From: Heptranchias perlo | Lineage: Eukaryota | Assembly: GCF_035084215.1 (NCBI RefSeq) | Contig: NC_090335.1 | Span: forward strand, 48,112,001-48,176,000 | Length of the DNA stretch: 64,000 bases | Direction of reading: 5' to 3' | Shown here: piece after piece, positions 46,905-61,101 of the stretch | Layout: each line of letters opens with the position of its first letter | Position numbering within the stretch: the first letter of the stretch is position 1 | Made by a program: the position numbers and the translations under genes | The notes under the pieces: generated by a model | Seen by the model: only the letters and a program-made list of their open reading frames with translations | Told to the model about the DNA's origin: nothing | Database searches by the model: none

Positions 46905-49900
46905 AGTTTCAGAGTAGGAAAAGCACAGGAGGAGGCCATTTGGCCCATTGTGCCTGTGCTGGTTCTTTGAAAGAGCTATCCAATTAGTCCTATTCCCCTG
47001 CTCTTTCCCCATAGCCCTGTAAATTTTTTCCCTTCAAGTATTTATCTAATTATGTTTTTAAAGTTACTATTGAATCTGCTTTCACTACTCTTTCAGGTAA
47101 TACATTCCAGATCATTACAACTCGCTACATTAAAAAATGTTTCCTTATGTTGCCTCTGGCCCTTTTGCTGATCACCACCTTAAATCTGTGTCCTCTGGTT
47201 ACTGACCCTTCTAAGGAGAAAGCTTAAATAAGGAGCAATTCTATCAAAACTGTTCATGATTTTGAACACTTCTATCAAATCTCCCCTTAACCCTGTCTGT
47301 TCTAAGAACAACCCCAGCTTCTCCAGTCTCTCCACATAACTGAAGTCCCTCATCCATGGTCCCATTCTAGTAAATCTCTTCTGCACCCTCTCTACGGCCT
47401 TGATATCCTTCCTAAAGTACGGTGCCCAGAATTAAAACACAATACTCCAGCTGAGGCCTAACCAGTGTTTTATAAAGGTTTAGCATAACTTCCTTGCTTT
47501 TGTACTCTATGCCTCTATTAATAAAGCCCAGGATCCTGTATGCTTTTTTAACAGCCTTCTCAATGTGTCCTGCAAAGATTTGTGTATGTGCACCCTCAGG
47601 TCTCTCTGTTCCTGCACCCTCTTTAAAATTGTACCATTTAGTTTATATTGTCTCTCCTCATTCTTCCTATCAAAATGCATCACTTCATACCTCTCTGTGT
47701 TAAATTTCATCTGCCATGTGTCTGCCCAATTCACCAGTCTGTCTATGTTCCCCTGAAATCTGTTACTATCCTCCACATTGTTTACTACATTTCTGAGTTT
47801 CATGTCATCTGCAAACTTTGAAATTATAACCTCTATACCCAAGTCCAGGTCATTAATATATATCAAAAAGAGCAGTGGTCCTAAAATACTGACCCCTGGG
47901 GAACGCCACTGTATTCTTCCCTCCAGTCTGAAAAACAACTGTTCACCACTATTCTCAACTTTCTGTCCCTTAGCCAATTTTGTGTCCACACTGCCACTGT
48001 CCCTTTAATCCTATGGGCTTTAATTTTGCTACCAAGTCTATTATGTGATACTTTATCAAATGTTCTTTGAAAGTCCATATACACAACATCAACCGCACTA
48101 CCCTCACCAATCCTTTCCGTTACTTCATCAAAGAACTCAATCAAGTTAGTCAAACACGATTTTCCTTTAATAAATATGTGCTGACTTTTATTTAGTAGCC
48201 CATACCTTTCCAAGTACCAATTAATTTTGTCCCGGATTATTGTCTCTAAAAGTTTCCCCACCACTGACGTTAGGTTGACTGGCCTGTAATTGCCGGGTTT
48301 ATCCCTCTCCTTTTTGGATCGGGGTTTAAAATTTGCAATCCTCCTGTCCTCCAGCATTGTCCCCATATCTAAGGAGGATTGGAAGATTGTGGCTAGAGCC
48401 TCTGCAATTTCCGCCCTTACTTCCCTCGTAACCTAGGATGCATCCCATCTAGACCTGGGCTTTATTAATAGAGGCGTAGAGTACATCCCATCACTTCATT
48501 GAATAAATTCAAAGCTGAGTTAGACAAATTTTTGATCAGCAAGGGAGTCAAAGGATATGGGGAAAAGGCGGGAAAGTGGAGTTAAGGTAAAAACCAGATC
48601 AGCCATGATCTCATTGAATGAGGAAGCAAGCTTGAAGGGCCAAATGGCCTACTCCTGCTCCTATCCCTAATGGTCTTATGGACTGGGCGACTTTTCTACT
48701 TTGAGTACTGGCAATCTTTTAAGTACCTCCTCATTATTTATTTATATCCTATCCAATATCGCTAGTACCTCCTTCTTTACTGATACAATGGCAGCGTCCT
48801 CTTCTCGAGTGAAGGCAGATGCAAAATATTCATTTAGTACCTCAGCCATGCCCTCTGCCTCCACAAGAAGAGCTGCTTTTATGTCCCCAATCGGCCCCAC
48901 CCTCCCTTTGACTACCCTTTTACTATTTATATGTTAATAAAAGACTTTTGGGTTCCCTTTTATGTTAGTTGCTAATCTATTCTCATTCTCTCTCTTTGGC
49001 CCTCTCATTCCCTTTTTTAGATCTCCTCTGTACTTTCTGTATTTAGCTTGGTTCTCTACTGTATTATGAACCTTACATTCATCGTAAGCCTCCTTTTTCT
49101 TTTTCATTTTAATCTCTATATCTTTAGTCATCCATGGAGCTCTAGCTTTGAATGTCCTTGCTTTCTCCCTTGCAGGAATGTGTCTACTCTGTGCCCAAAC
49201 CAACTCCTCCTTGAAGGCCTCCAATTGCTCAATTACCGTTTTGCCTACCAATTTTTGATTCCAATCCAGATCCCTTTTTTATTCACTGAAATTAGCCCTC
49301 CTCCAGTTAAGCATTTTGACATTTGATTGTTCCTTGTCCTTTTCCGTAACTATTCTAAACCTATTGATATTATGATCGCTGTTTCCCTAATGCTCCCCCC
49401 CCCCCCCCCCCCCACTGAAACATGCTCCACCTGCCCCACTTAATTTGACAGAACTAGATCCAGCACTGTTTCCTTCCTGGTTGGGCTGGAAAACACACTG
49501 TTCCAGAAAGTTCTGTTGAACACATTTCAGGAAATCCTCCCCCTCTTTGCCCTTTACGTTGTTATGTCCCAGTTTGTATTGGGATAATTGAAGTCCCCTA
49601 TTATCTCTACCGTATAGTTCATGTATCTTTGTGTGATTTGCCTTTAAATTTGTTTCTTTATCTCCTTCCCACTATATGATGGCCTATAGTGTACACCCTG
49701 TAGCATATTAGCTCCTCTATTATTTCTTAATTCTAACCAAATAATTCGGTCTTTGACCTCTCAACTACATCATCCATTTCCAGTGCTAAAATCGTTTCTT
49801 TGATCAATACTGCTACCGCAGCCCCCCCCCATGTTCTTTCCTTCCCTATCTTTCCTGAATACCATGTAGCCAGGAATATTAAGTACCCAATACTCCCCTT

Positions 49901-50380
49901 CTTTGAGCCAGTTCCCTGTTATTGCTATTATACCAAAGTCCCATGTATCATCTTGAGCCTGCATCTCACCAACCTTATTTACCACGCTGCGTGCATTTAC
50001 GCACATGCACTCCAATCTCATTTTAGACTGCCTTGCATTTGCCCTCTGTCTGATCCCTCCTATTTTTGAACTATTCTTTACTCTATTGCTACTTGTCCCT
50101 CCCAGTGCATCTTTTTTCTCCTCTCTAATGTTTCATCCTTTTGCCCATCTCCCTGCCAAATTAGTTTAAATCCCCACCCACAGCACTAATTAACCTCCAC
50201 GCGAGGACATTGGTCCCAGCTTTGTTGAGGTGCAACCCGTCCATCTTGAACAGATCCCTCCTGCCCCAGAACTGGTCCCACTGCCCCAGGAATCCCTCAC
50301 TTCTGCACCATTGCTCCAGCCACACATTAACCTGTCTTTTCCTTCTATTTCTATGCTCACTAGCATGTGGCACTGGGAGT
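46905..50380 (-). mobile_element. Long degraded CR1 LINE (ORF1 esterase end, endonuclease, RT, 3' end), with a nested + strand CR1 tail at about 48490-48680
   Basis: ORF 50161..50373 (WGRRDLFKMDGLHLN, SGNH-type ORF1), 49770..50021 (NARSVVNK), and 47881 and 47507 (RT). Confidence 0.9.
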
Positions 50381-50389
50381 ATGTGTAGG

Positions 50390-51190
50390 GCCTCTGCTGG
50401 TGGTGCTCATGCTGAGAGGGAGAAGAAGCAAAATGATAGCAGGATGGAAGGTGCTGAATAGAAAGCAAGTAGCTGAAGTGTGAAGTGAAGAAGGAGAGAT
50501 GAGAGAAGTTGCCGATTCTGCGAAGGCTAGCATGTGAGAACAAAATGCTGTTAATGGCTACAGCGAGGTGAGAATATGTTTGGAGTGAGAATGAGTGGTG
50601 GTACAATATACCCTTATAATGGGTGGTGAAGGATGTCATGCAGAAGAGAGAATTGTTCAGGGTGCTGGAGGAGGAGGGAAGGACTGTTGCCAACTGCTAT
50701 GCAGAGATGGAGAAATGAAGAGCTGTACTCTTGCTGTCCTGAGGGGTAATTGATGTGCTTCCTGCACTGGATCCAGGTCCTGAGGGTAATACTCCTGAGC
50801 TGATGCTCTTAGCTACATCTCTCCTGGCCTAGTGAACATCTGTTTTTGGAATATTTCTGCCATTTGTAGGAGAGAGAACTTACCTTCTCGCCCTCAGCTC
50901 TTTGACCATGACCTCCAGGGAGGCTTCAGAAAACCTTGGGACTTGCCTGTGGCTCATTTCTGACCAAATTCCTTCTTGCAAGAATGAAACAGCGAAACCA
51001 GTGAGAAGGGTATACAGCCTCCCTTTAAGAGTTGCATTCCCACTTTAAATAGATCTCTGCAGGCTTGCCAAAAATCCCGCTGGGAAAGTGGACGAGCTTC
51101 CTGTCCCTGATACGATTTGACGGAAAACCCGCCAGTCAAATTTAAATGAGGATTGGGAGTTAAAACAGCCCGGGCTTGAAATTTCAGCCA
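50390..51190 (-). mobile_element. Harbinger Myb/SANT gene remnant and element end; probably continuous with 45540-46500 across the CR1 and LTR insertions
   Basis: The - strand reads PRFSEASLEVMVKELRARR near 50885-50942. Confidence 0.55.
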
Positions 51191-51404
51191 GTGAGTGCAT
51201 TTCTCACACTCTCCTCCCCCACCCACCAGGAGTATGCTCCAAGTGTTGATCCCCTGGAGTCACATTAGGACCTGAAGATGGCACTATACTGCCACTTGTC
51301 TGTGGGAGCTGCTTCAAGTAGATCTTCACCTTTCATTCATATGTTTAACGGAAGTAATGTGTCTGGATGGTTTTAATTTTGTTAAATGATATATAAGTTG
51401 AGAT

Positions 51405-51664
51405 GCATGGGAACACCACCACCCGCACGTTACCCTTCAAGTCACACACCATCCTGACTTGGAAATATATCGCCTTTCCTTCATCGTCGCTGTGTCAAAA
51501 TCCTGGAACTCCCTACCTAATAGCACTGTGAGAGAACCTTCACCACACAGACTGCAGCGGTTCAAGAAGACGGCTCACCACCACCTTCTCAAGGGCAATT
51601 AGAGATCAGCAATAAATGCTGGCCTTGCCAGCGATGCCCACATCCCATGAATGAATTTAAAAAA
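51405..51664 (+). mobile_element. Family-B LINE 3' fragment
   Basis: Matches 6460-6717, including the ATGAATGAATTTAAAAAA tail. Confidence 0.88.
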
Positions 51665-54600
51665 TCATTCTAAATATGTGAAATCATTCAGACTAATATT
51701 TGAAACTCTATAGTACAAACCTAAAATAAATTTAATATGGACAGAGCTTTTCACACTGTGTTTAAGTGAATCACATTAGCCTATAAATTCAGCTATGCAG
51801 TGCCCATTGTCTGGGCACTAACTGGCCTACTAATCTCCCAATATGGCAGGCAGGAAGCATGTGCACATTTCCATCCAGAAGTACGCCACCCGCCATATTG
51901 GGAAAGGAAAAAAGTAGGCGCCCAGGGCCCAGGCCTGAAGCAGACATTAGGCCCCTCATTTGAAGATTGGTATGCGCTGAGTGCAGCCTGCTCCAATGCC
52001 AGCTGCACTCAGTAAAACCAAACCTTGGGACCGCCTGTGACCCACAAGGTAAGTATTTCACCTTTACTTACCTGAATATGGAGCCCAGAGGAACAGGAGT
52101 ACTCACATTTAAAGAAAGCTCGCCGCCACTCCCGACTCCCCACATCGATCCCGACCCCCTCCCGATTGCCAGCACTCCCACCCTCTCCATCCCAGCCTCC
52201 TCTCCCTCTCCCCATCACCCCCTCCCTCGGCCTCCGTAGCTGACCCCCGACCCTCCCCCCGGCCACCCTCACGAACCTTGATCCTCCCCCCGACTGCCGG
52301 TCTCCTATCCCTGACCCCGGACCTGACTCCTGGCCCCGAACCTGCACCCAGGTGCACACGAATTTCTAGGTCATTGAGTCCAATTAAAATATTTATTATT
52401 AAAATAGACCGGGCATGTTTTGGAGAAGGTGGGTGGCAAAACAACATTAGAACTAGTTCTCTGTGGTCCAATGTTGGCTACGCATTTTAGCGGAACTGAG
52501 ACTAACCGCAAAGAAGACATTCTTTCCATTCAATGACTAAAGTCACAACTCAGTAAAAATAAAGTTAATGACAAGGAATATGTTAGTCATTTGCAAGACT
52601 GACCACAATAAATCATTTCCTGTGTTTCTCCTCCTTCATAGAACCAGTCTCGAGCACCAGGCAACAAACAGCTAATATACACAGCAATCTATTTCAGCTT
52701 GTGGTGAGTGTAACAGCCAGTCAAGGATGTAGATGAAAGATTATGAATGTTGGCTAAAAGAATACAATGTATGTAGCAAGTTTATCGTTAGTCACAAATT
52801 TAAATTTGTTTTTATAAAGCTTTCAGATGTGTAGATTTAAGGGCATTCTTTACATGATTTTCAAGACTTTACTAAGTGCTATTAGCACGTGAATTAAGAC
52901 GACTTTGTGAACAGTTCTTGACAGGACATGGCTGCTAACCTGACCCTGGCACAGCACTTCCTGTGGCCAGTGCTGCTCAGGTGCTTCGTGCACCTGTGGA
53001 AGAATGAGTTGACCGTGCCAAATAATGCAAGGCCAGTTTATTTGAATATTTTTCTGGTGCCTGGATGCGTCCCTTATAATATGCCAGGAGCACTAGCGGA
53101 GGTGGGAGCCAGAATTCTGGGTACCAACAATCAGTCAAGGGCTGCTGGCTGCCTGTAGAATGCAACAGGGTTTTCAGGTGTTGGGGCAAAAGGGTAGAGA
53201 GGTACCAGGCAGGTGACTTTTTAAATTGGGCTTTCACCTTATGTACCCATTCTAAATGGGCACTGCTCAGGCACTCCAGTTGCATTATGGGGAGGCCTGA
53301 CAATTTATATTTTTTTAGGGGGGCTGTAATGAGTCTTGCACACAGATTCTGTGCAGGCTCCCAGTGCCTCGCTTGCTGGTTGCCCACATTAAGGTATTGC
53401 AGGCCTTAGATCTCCATGCCTGATAATACATGACACTCGATGTGCTTCAGAGCATTGGGTGCCATTCATTGGATTGTTGGTCTAATTGTAGGCTGGTGCT
53501 AAATTCCTCTCTGTGCTAATTTAAACAGGCATTAATTTGTTCATTTTAAATGGGTTAATGTCTGTATTAAAATAGTGCAGAGAGAAATTCAGTATCTTCA
53601 CATTAAGCATTTCTTGTAACACCACCAGTTGAAAAAATCAACCTCTATATGCACTGCCGCATTAGTGGATTCCCACTGCTATTGTCTAGGGCTGAATCGA
53701 GATCAATCTCCAAGGTTATCTATGCTCTATTTATATCATCTGAGTACATGGAAATAAAGATTACATATCCCTGAGAAACTAGCTTGGGTGCACTTTTATG
53801 GGATGGATGTAAGGAAGGTTTCCAAGTGGCTGATTGACCCTGGTGCAGTTGGCCTTGTCAATTAGAAGGGTTTGATGTGCAGATTAAGTAAATGTTCTAG
53901 CTGAACTGGAATTCAACTTGAAGGGTGTCCTTCTAAATGCACCTGTTAATATTGTCGGCTAGACAGGCAAAAACTGGAATGCTGGGATTGCACCCCTTGG
54001 TGCCCTCCAGCGCTGACCTCACTGGTGTTTGCAGGGTCAATGGGAGGGCACTTATGTGACAGGAGGGTACAAGTGTCACTTTGGGCACATATCAGGCACC
54101 TGCCTGTCCATGGAAGCTGGAAATTCCGGTAACCACCCGACCATGTTTGGGGGTAGGGTTGGGGGGGGGGGTGGTTGGTCTAGGGCTCCGACTCTAGCCA
54201 TGGGTCCATTGCCCACTGATGAAACGCCCAACGTCCTACTGGCAGCCACTTGCAATGACGGAGTTAGGATGGGATGATCTCACCTCCTCCCCAGCCACCC
54301 TTGAGAATGTGTACCACTATTTAAAAGGCACAAATTGCAGGACCCATTCATCAGGGAGGAAGTACTTGTTTAAAGGTACACTGCTGAACTGAGATTATTT
54401 GTGGAAATGGTTGCTTGGGATTCACTGCACATATTGGAAAGATAATTTCACTGCAATAAATCACATGATTATTTGATGTAAGGACTGTCTGGTATTTGAT
54501 TCTTTTGTATGACAATGGGGAAGAGGTAATGTGCTGATGTTAAGGTTCAAGATTAGGATGTAGTAGCTAACTGTGAGGGCCAAAGATTTTACTTAGACAA

Positions 54601-54799
54601 TAGAGAATTTTGTGACAGGAGGCAGATTTTGACTTCCACATAATGCTGCTCTATTCACTTGTGCCTAATGATTGTGTCCCTTAGCTGTCTAGCAGCACTA
54701 GCCACTGCATCTTCTTTCTGTTCTTCATGGGCCTGGTCTTCAGCATTAGTAATGTCATCATTGCCAAGTTCTCTGGTGTCCTCTGAGACATCTACCATT

Positions 54800-55270
54800 T
54801 CCTGATTGTAAAGTTGTGAAGCATGCAACATGCGACCACAATTTGTGAGGCAGTGTTGGGGGCATAACTACAAAGAACCCCCATACACATCCAAGTACCG
54901 GAACCTTCTTTTGAGCATCCAAATGGTTTGCTCAATTCTTATCCTTGCCTTAAAGTATGCTTCATTGTAGTGTTCCTCTGCAGCACTGGTGGTCCTACGA
55001 AAGGGTGGCATGAGCCATGGGGGAAGTGAGTATCACTTGTCACCCAACAGCCATCCAGATCTTTGCTCCTTCTTTTGAAAGAAAGCTGGGACATCAGACT
55101 GACAAAGTATAAAAGCATCAGCTCCCAGCATGTCAGCATGGCAAATGAGCTACACATATAGGGAATGGAAGTTGTTGTGGTTCAGATAGATATGGCGGTT
55201 TACTTTTGGGGCACGCATTGCCACATGGGTACAATCTATAGCCCATACAACCCTACGGAATCCATCAGAT
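54800..55270 (-). pseudogene. PIF/Harbinger transposase remnant
   Basis: The - strand reads RVVWAIDCTHVAMRAP at about 55205-55255, with further decayed transposase-like sequence toward 54800. Confidence 0.7.
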
Positions 55271-56345
55271 CTGAAAAACTTATTAGCCCTTTCAGTCATC
55301 TGTCTGTTGAGCACTGTTGAATTGTGTTTGCCTTGGCAAAATGACCTTGGTGACTTACCTTATAGAGGAAAATGTACAGCAAAATGGCTGATCTGTTAAA
55401 AATTCCCAGAGGACTTTGTATAAATGGCAGAACTCCAATGCTATCCTCAATGCTAATATCTGAGAAAGATTTGACACAATGCAGCTCCACGTGGAGCATG
55501 TGGTGGCAACATTAACATCTGCATCCATCCCCTCTGATGGAGAGGCCTCCAGACCAGTCAGTGTATCCAAAGTGGATGTTTTGACCACTATCCTTCAGGC
55601 CTTGAGAGACCATTTGGAGAGAACAATGGAAAGTGGCTTCTGAGAGTTTCCAGGCAACATCTCTCAGGATCTGCAGGTTCTAATTGTGCTTACCCATCTT
55701 TTCTACAGGCTTAACTGAACTCAGGTCCAATTCTGGTGTAAATGGCAGAATTCCTGGAACAGTAACTTTTGTCGTCTTTATCCTGTCATTTGCATAAATG
55801 CACCACTTGGGGGCAGGCATATCTTCTGTCAGCGTCTAATTCTACCAAAACGTAGGATATACTTTAGAATAGGCCTCTCTGACTTACACCCAAATTCTGG
55901 TCCCCTATGTCAGAACTATATTATTTTTGCACAAAAAGATCAGAATTCCAGACCACATGTCTATTAACTATCCTCCTACTTTTCTAACCACTGTCTCAAC
56001 AATGGTCCTCACAATTTTTCCTTTCACAGAACCTGACCTGCAGCCTTCTTTTTTAAAAGCCTGACACAAGTGTCAGCTTTTAGTCAAACTGATTGTCCCC
56101 TCAAAAGTGAAATTCACCAGCCTAACTTGGCATTGATCTCTACTGACTTCAGTTGAATGGAATTGTTGCAGCAACAATGAGTGTGAATGATCACTACAAT
56201 GTTAAACTATCTTTCATTGGGGTCATTTTAACTTTTGGCGAGAGTGTACAATGGCCAATATTGGTTTGGCTGCCCATTATACACTCCACTCATTGTCCCT
56301 TTCCATTGACTTGAACGGAAAGGAAAGCCAGACAAGCTCTATAAC

Positions 56346-57363
56346 ATAAGAACATAAGAAATAGGAGCAGGAGTAGGCCAATCGGCCCCTCGAGCCTGCT
56401 CCGCCATTCAATAAGATCATGGCTGATCTGATCCTAACCTCAAATCTAAATTCATGTCCAATTTCCTGCCCGCTCCCCGTAACCCCTAATTCCCTTTACT
56501 TCTAGGAAACTGTCTATTTCTGTTTTAAATTTATTTAATGATGTAGCTTCCACAGCTTCCTGGGGCAGCAAATTCCACAGACCTACTACCCTCTGAGTGA
56601 AGAAGTTTCTCCTCATCTCAGTTTTGAAAGAGCAGCCCCTTATTCTAAGATTATGCCCCCCAGTTCTAGTTTCACCCATCCTTGGGAACATCCTTACCGC
56701 ATCCACCCGATCAAGCCCCTTCACAATCTTATATGTTTCAGTAAGATCGCCTCTCATTCTTCTGAACTCCAATGAGTAGAGTCCCAATCTACTCAACCTC
56801 TCCTCATATGTCCACCCCCTCATCCCCGGGATTAACCGAGTGAACCTTCTTTGTACTGCCTCGAGAGCAAGTATGTCTTTTCTTAAGTATGGACACCAAA
56901 ACTGTATGCAGTATTCCAGGTGCAGTCTCACCAATACCTTATATAACTGCAGCAATACCTCCCTGTTTTTATATTCTATCCCCCTAGCAATAAAAGCCAA
57001 CATTCCGTTGGCCTTCTTGATCACCTGCTGCACCTGCATACTAACTTATTGATTTTCTTGCACTAGGACCCCCAGATCCCTTTGTACTGCAGTACTTTCC
57101 AGTTTCTCGCCATTAAGATAATAACTTGCTCTCTGATTTTTCCTGCCAAAGTGCATAACCTCACATTTTCCAATATTGTATTGCATCTGCCAAATCTCCG
57201 CCCACTCACCCAGCCTGTCTATATCCCCTTGTAGGTTTTTTTATGTCCTCCTCACTCTCTACTTTCCCTCCCATCTTTGTATCATCTGCAAACTTTGATA
57301 TGTTACACTCGGTCCCCTCTTCCAAATTGTTAATATAGATTGTAAAGAGTTGGGGACCCAGCA
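56346..57363 (-). mobile_element. Young CR1 3' fragment inserted in a MITE (about 56219-57429)
   Basis: ORF 56452..57039; CATAAGAA tail; 8-bp TSD TCTATAAC at 56338-56345 and 57364-57371; MITE TIRs GGGGTCATTTT / AAAATGACCTC. Confidence 0.9.
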
Positions 57364-58714
57364 TCTATAACGGGCGGACGATCTGATATTACCCATTTTA
57401 TACTATTACCAAAAGATAAAATGACCTCCATTGTCTTCAGCACACTTGTTTCGACATCCAATCTCAATTCTAATCCACATCTCCCAATCTGACTGCCCTG
57501 TGAACTGAAGGTTTAGCTGAATAATAGCGTTTTTAACATATATTACACCAAAGTTCCCCTAGTCAGAAATCCCAAAGTGTGACACTAAGGAATTAGCATA
57601 AATCAATTTCAAAGATTGATTTAATTTTCAAATGTTAATTAGAATGTATAGACTTTCGATTGACATTTAGAGAAACTGGTGATTGGCATAAAATATTTCA
57701 AGAGCTTATTCAATATACCAGTAAATGTAAACAAACAGATTATTGCTCAATAAAAGCAAGTGATGAAAATGACTCAGTAAATGAATGGGACTTATAAAAC
57801 CTCATGGAATGTCATGAAGAAATCAAAGTGAACAAGTAGATGGAACATTTTTTCCATCTTTTAAGAAAGATAAGCATTTGTAATGCAGGATAAATGTAGG
57901 ACTAAACATAAAACATTATTGATAGCAACTCCACGGATATTTTGATATTTCTTGACAGTGGTCTTGCCACCCTTGGGATTGGGAAAGGGTAATGTTGATT
58001 CATGTCTTTGGCCAGTATATGGCACTGTTGTACTTTGCAATTGCAGTATTGTGGCCTGTTAGAGAAGGGATCGCAAAGGCAGAACATGCCAATGTGGCAG
58101 GTAACCAAGTACCAGGTTTATCATTACATGGCAACGAACTACAAAGTTCAATCAACATTTCCTGCTGCATGCTTCAAAATCCCACAAAACAGCAAAAGCA
58201 ATTGGCAGATTTTAACATAAATTGCATGATTACACCAACAAATGCAGCATTTTCCTGATTAAATTATTAATAAATCTAATCAATGTCTTTGTAGTACGCA
58301 TTGATAAAAAGAGTTGGGGCATGATGAAGAAAATTTGCAGTTCGAGCATCAGTGTAGGCTAAAAACACAATACAACATTCTGATGTATTCTTGTAAAGTC
58401 CTTAAAGGTGATGCTTTGGAAACACGGTAAAATAATGCTTTTTAAAAACTGTAAGTGCCCAATTTGTGTCAAATGAAATATTACACCTGGTTTGTAAAAG
58501 TCATTGCTTGCTATTCTGCTTTAACTTCATTAATCAGGAAATGTAACTGCATAGATTTTTAATAAATTGCTTCACTTCAAGGATAAACCTTATTATTTTT
58601 TAACCTTCTTATCAACGTCCTGGGCAGCCCTGCTTATACTTTACTTATATCTCCATTCTTACTTAGTTCCCACAAAGGCTTATGCACAACAGGCCTTGAA
58701 TGGAAAATATTGTT

Positions 58715-61101
58715 GTTTTTTTTATTCGTTCATGGGATGTGGGCATCGCTGGTGAGGCCGGCATTTATTGCCCATCCCTAATTCCCTTGAGAAGGTGGTG
58801 GTGAGCTGCCTTCTTGAACCGATGCAGTCCGTGTGGTGAAGGTTCTCCCACAGTGCTGTTAGGAAGGGAGTTCCAGGATTTTGACCCAGTGACGATGAAG
58901 GAACAGCGATATGTTTCCAAGTCGGGATGGTGTGTGACTTGGAGGGGAACATGCAGGTGGTTCCCATGTGCCTGCTGCTCTTGTCCTTCTAGGTGGTAGA
59001 GGTCGTGGGTTGGGAGGTGCTGTCGAAGAAGCCTTGGCGAGTTGCTGCAGTGCATCCTGTGATGGTACACATTGCAGTCACTGTGGGCCGGTGGTGAAGG
59101 GAGTGAATGTTTAGGGTGGTGGATGGGGTGCCAATCAAGCGGGCTGCTTTGTCCTGGATGGTGTCAAGCTTCTTGAGTGTTCTTGGAGCTGCACTCGTCC
59201 AGGCAAGTGGAGAGTATTCCATCACACTCCTGCCTTGTGCCTTGTACACGGTGAAAAGGCTTTGTGGAGTCAGGAGGTGAGTCACTCGCCACAGAATACC
59301 CAGTCTCTGACCTGCTCTTGTAGCCACAGTATTCATATGGCTGGTCCAGTTAAGTTTCTGGTCAATGGTGATGGTGGGGGATTTGGCGATGGTAATGCCG
59401 TTGAATGTCAAGGGGAGGTGGTTAGACTCTTTCTTGTTGGAGATGGTCATTGCCTGGCACTTGTCTGGCGCGAATGTTACTTGCCACTTATCAGCCCAAG
59501 CCTGGATGTTGTCCAGGTCTTGCTGCATGCGAGCTCGGACTGCTTCATTATTTGAGGGGTTGCGAATGGAACTGAACACTGTGCAATGATCAGCGAACAT
59601 CCCCATTTCTGACCTTATGATGGAGGGAAGGTCACTGATGAAGCAGCTGAAGATGGTTGGGCTTAGGACACTGCCTTGAGGAACTCCTGCTGCAATGTCC
59701 TGGGGCTGAGATGATTGGCCTTCGACAACCACTACCATCTTCCTTTGTGCTAGGTATGACTCCAGCCACTGGAGAGTTTTCCCCTTGATTCCCATTGACT
59801 TCAATTTTACTAGGGTGCCACACTCAGTCAAATGCTGCCTTGATGTCAAGGGCAGTTACTCTCACCTCACCTCTGGAATTCAGCTCTTTTGTCCACGTTT
59901 GGACCAAGGCTGTAATGAGGTCTGGAGCCGAGTGGTCCTGGCGGAACCCAAACTGAGCATCGGTGAGCAGGTTATTGGTGAGTAAATGCCACTTGATAGC
60001 ACTGTCGACGACACCTTCCATCACTTTGCTGATGATTGAGAGTAGACTGATGGGGCGGTAATTGGCCGGATTGGATTTGTCCTGCTTTTTGTGGACAGGA
60101 CATACCTGGGCAATTTTCCACATTGTCGGGTAGATGCCAGTTTTGTAGCTGTACTGGAACAGCTTGGCTAGAGGCGCAGCTAGTTCTGGAGCCCAAGGCT
60201 TCAGCACGACAGCTGGGATGTTGTCGGGGCCCATAGCCTTTGCTGTATCCAGTGCACTCAGCCGTTTCTTGATATCACGTGGAGTGAATCGAATTGGCTG
60301 AAGACTGGCTTCTGTGATGGTGGGGATATCGGGAGGCGGCCGAGATGGATCATCTACTCGGCACTTCTGGCTGAAGATGGTTGCAAACGCTTCAGCCTTG
60401 TCTTTTGCGCTCACGTGCTGGACTACGCCATCATTGAGGATGGGGATGTTTACAGAGCCTCCTCCTCCCATTAGTTGTTTAATTGTCCACCACCATTCAC
60501 GACTGGATGTGGCAGGACTGCAGTGCTTTGATCTGATCCGTTGGTTGTGGAATCGCTTAGCTCTGTCTATAGCATGTTGCTTCCGCTGTTTAGCATGCAT
60601 GTAGTCCTGAGTTGTAGCTTCACCAGGTTGGCACCTCATTTTTAGGTACGCCTGGTGCTCCTGGCATGCTCTTCTACACTCCTCATTGAACCAGGGTTGA
60701 TCCCCTGGCTTTTTGGTAATGGTAGAGTGAGGAATATGCCGGGCCATGAGGTTACAGATTGTGTTGGAATACAGTTCTGCTGCTGCTGATGGCCCACAGC
60801 GCATCATGGATGCCAAGTTTTGAGTTGCTAGATCTGATCTGAATCTATCCCATTTAGCACGGTGGTTGTGCCATACAACACTTTAGATGGTATCCTCAGT
60901 GCGAAGACGGGACTTCGTCTCCACGAGGACTGTGCGGTGGTCACTCCTACCAATACTGTCATGGACAGATGCATTAGCGACAGGTAGATTGGTGAGGACG
61001 AGGTCAAGTAAGCTTTTCCTTCGTGTTGGTTCGCTCAACACCTGCCGCAGGTCCAGTCTGGCAGCTATATCCTCCAGGACTCGGCCAGCTCGGTCAGTAG
61101 T
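58715..61101 (-). mobile_element. Family-B CR1-group LINE, 5'-truncated, frameshifted ORF2
   Basis: ORFs 59824..60816 and 58989..59849 (PWFN, KAMGPDNIP, YRPISLL, QFGFR, GVPQGS, FAD). Confidence 0.92.
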
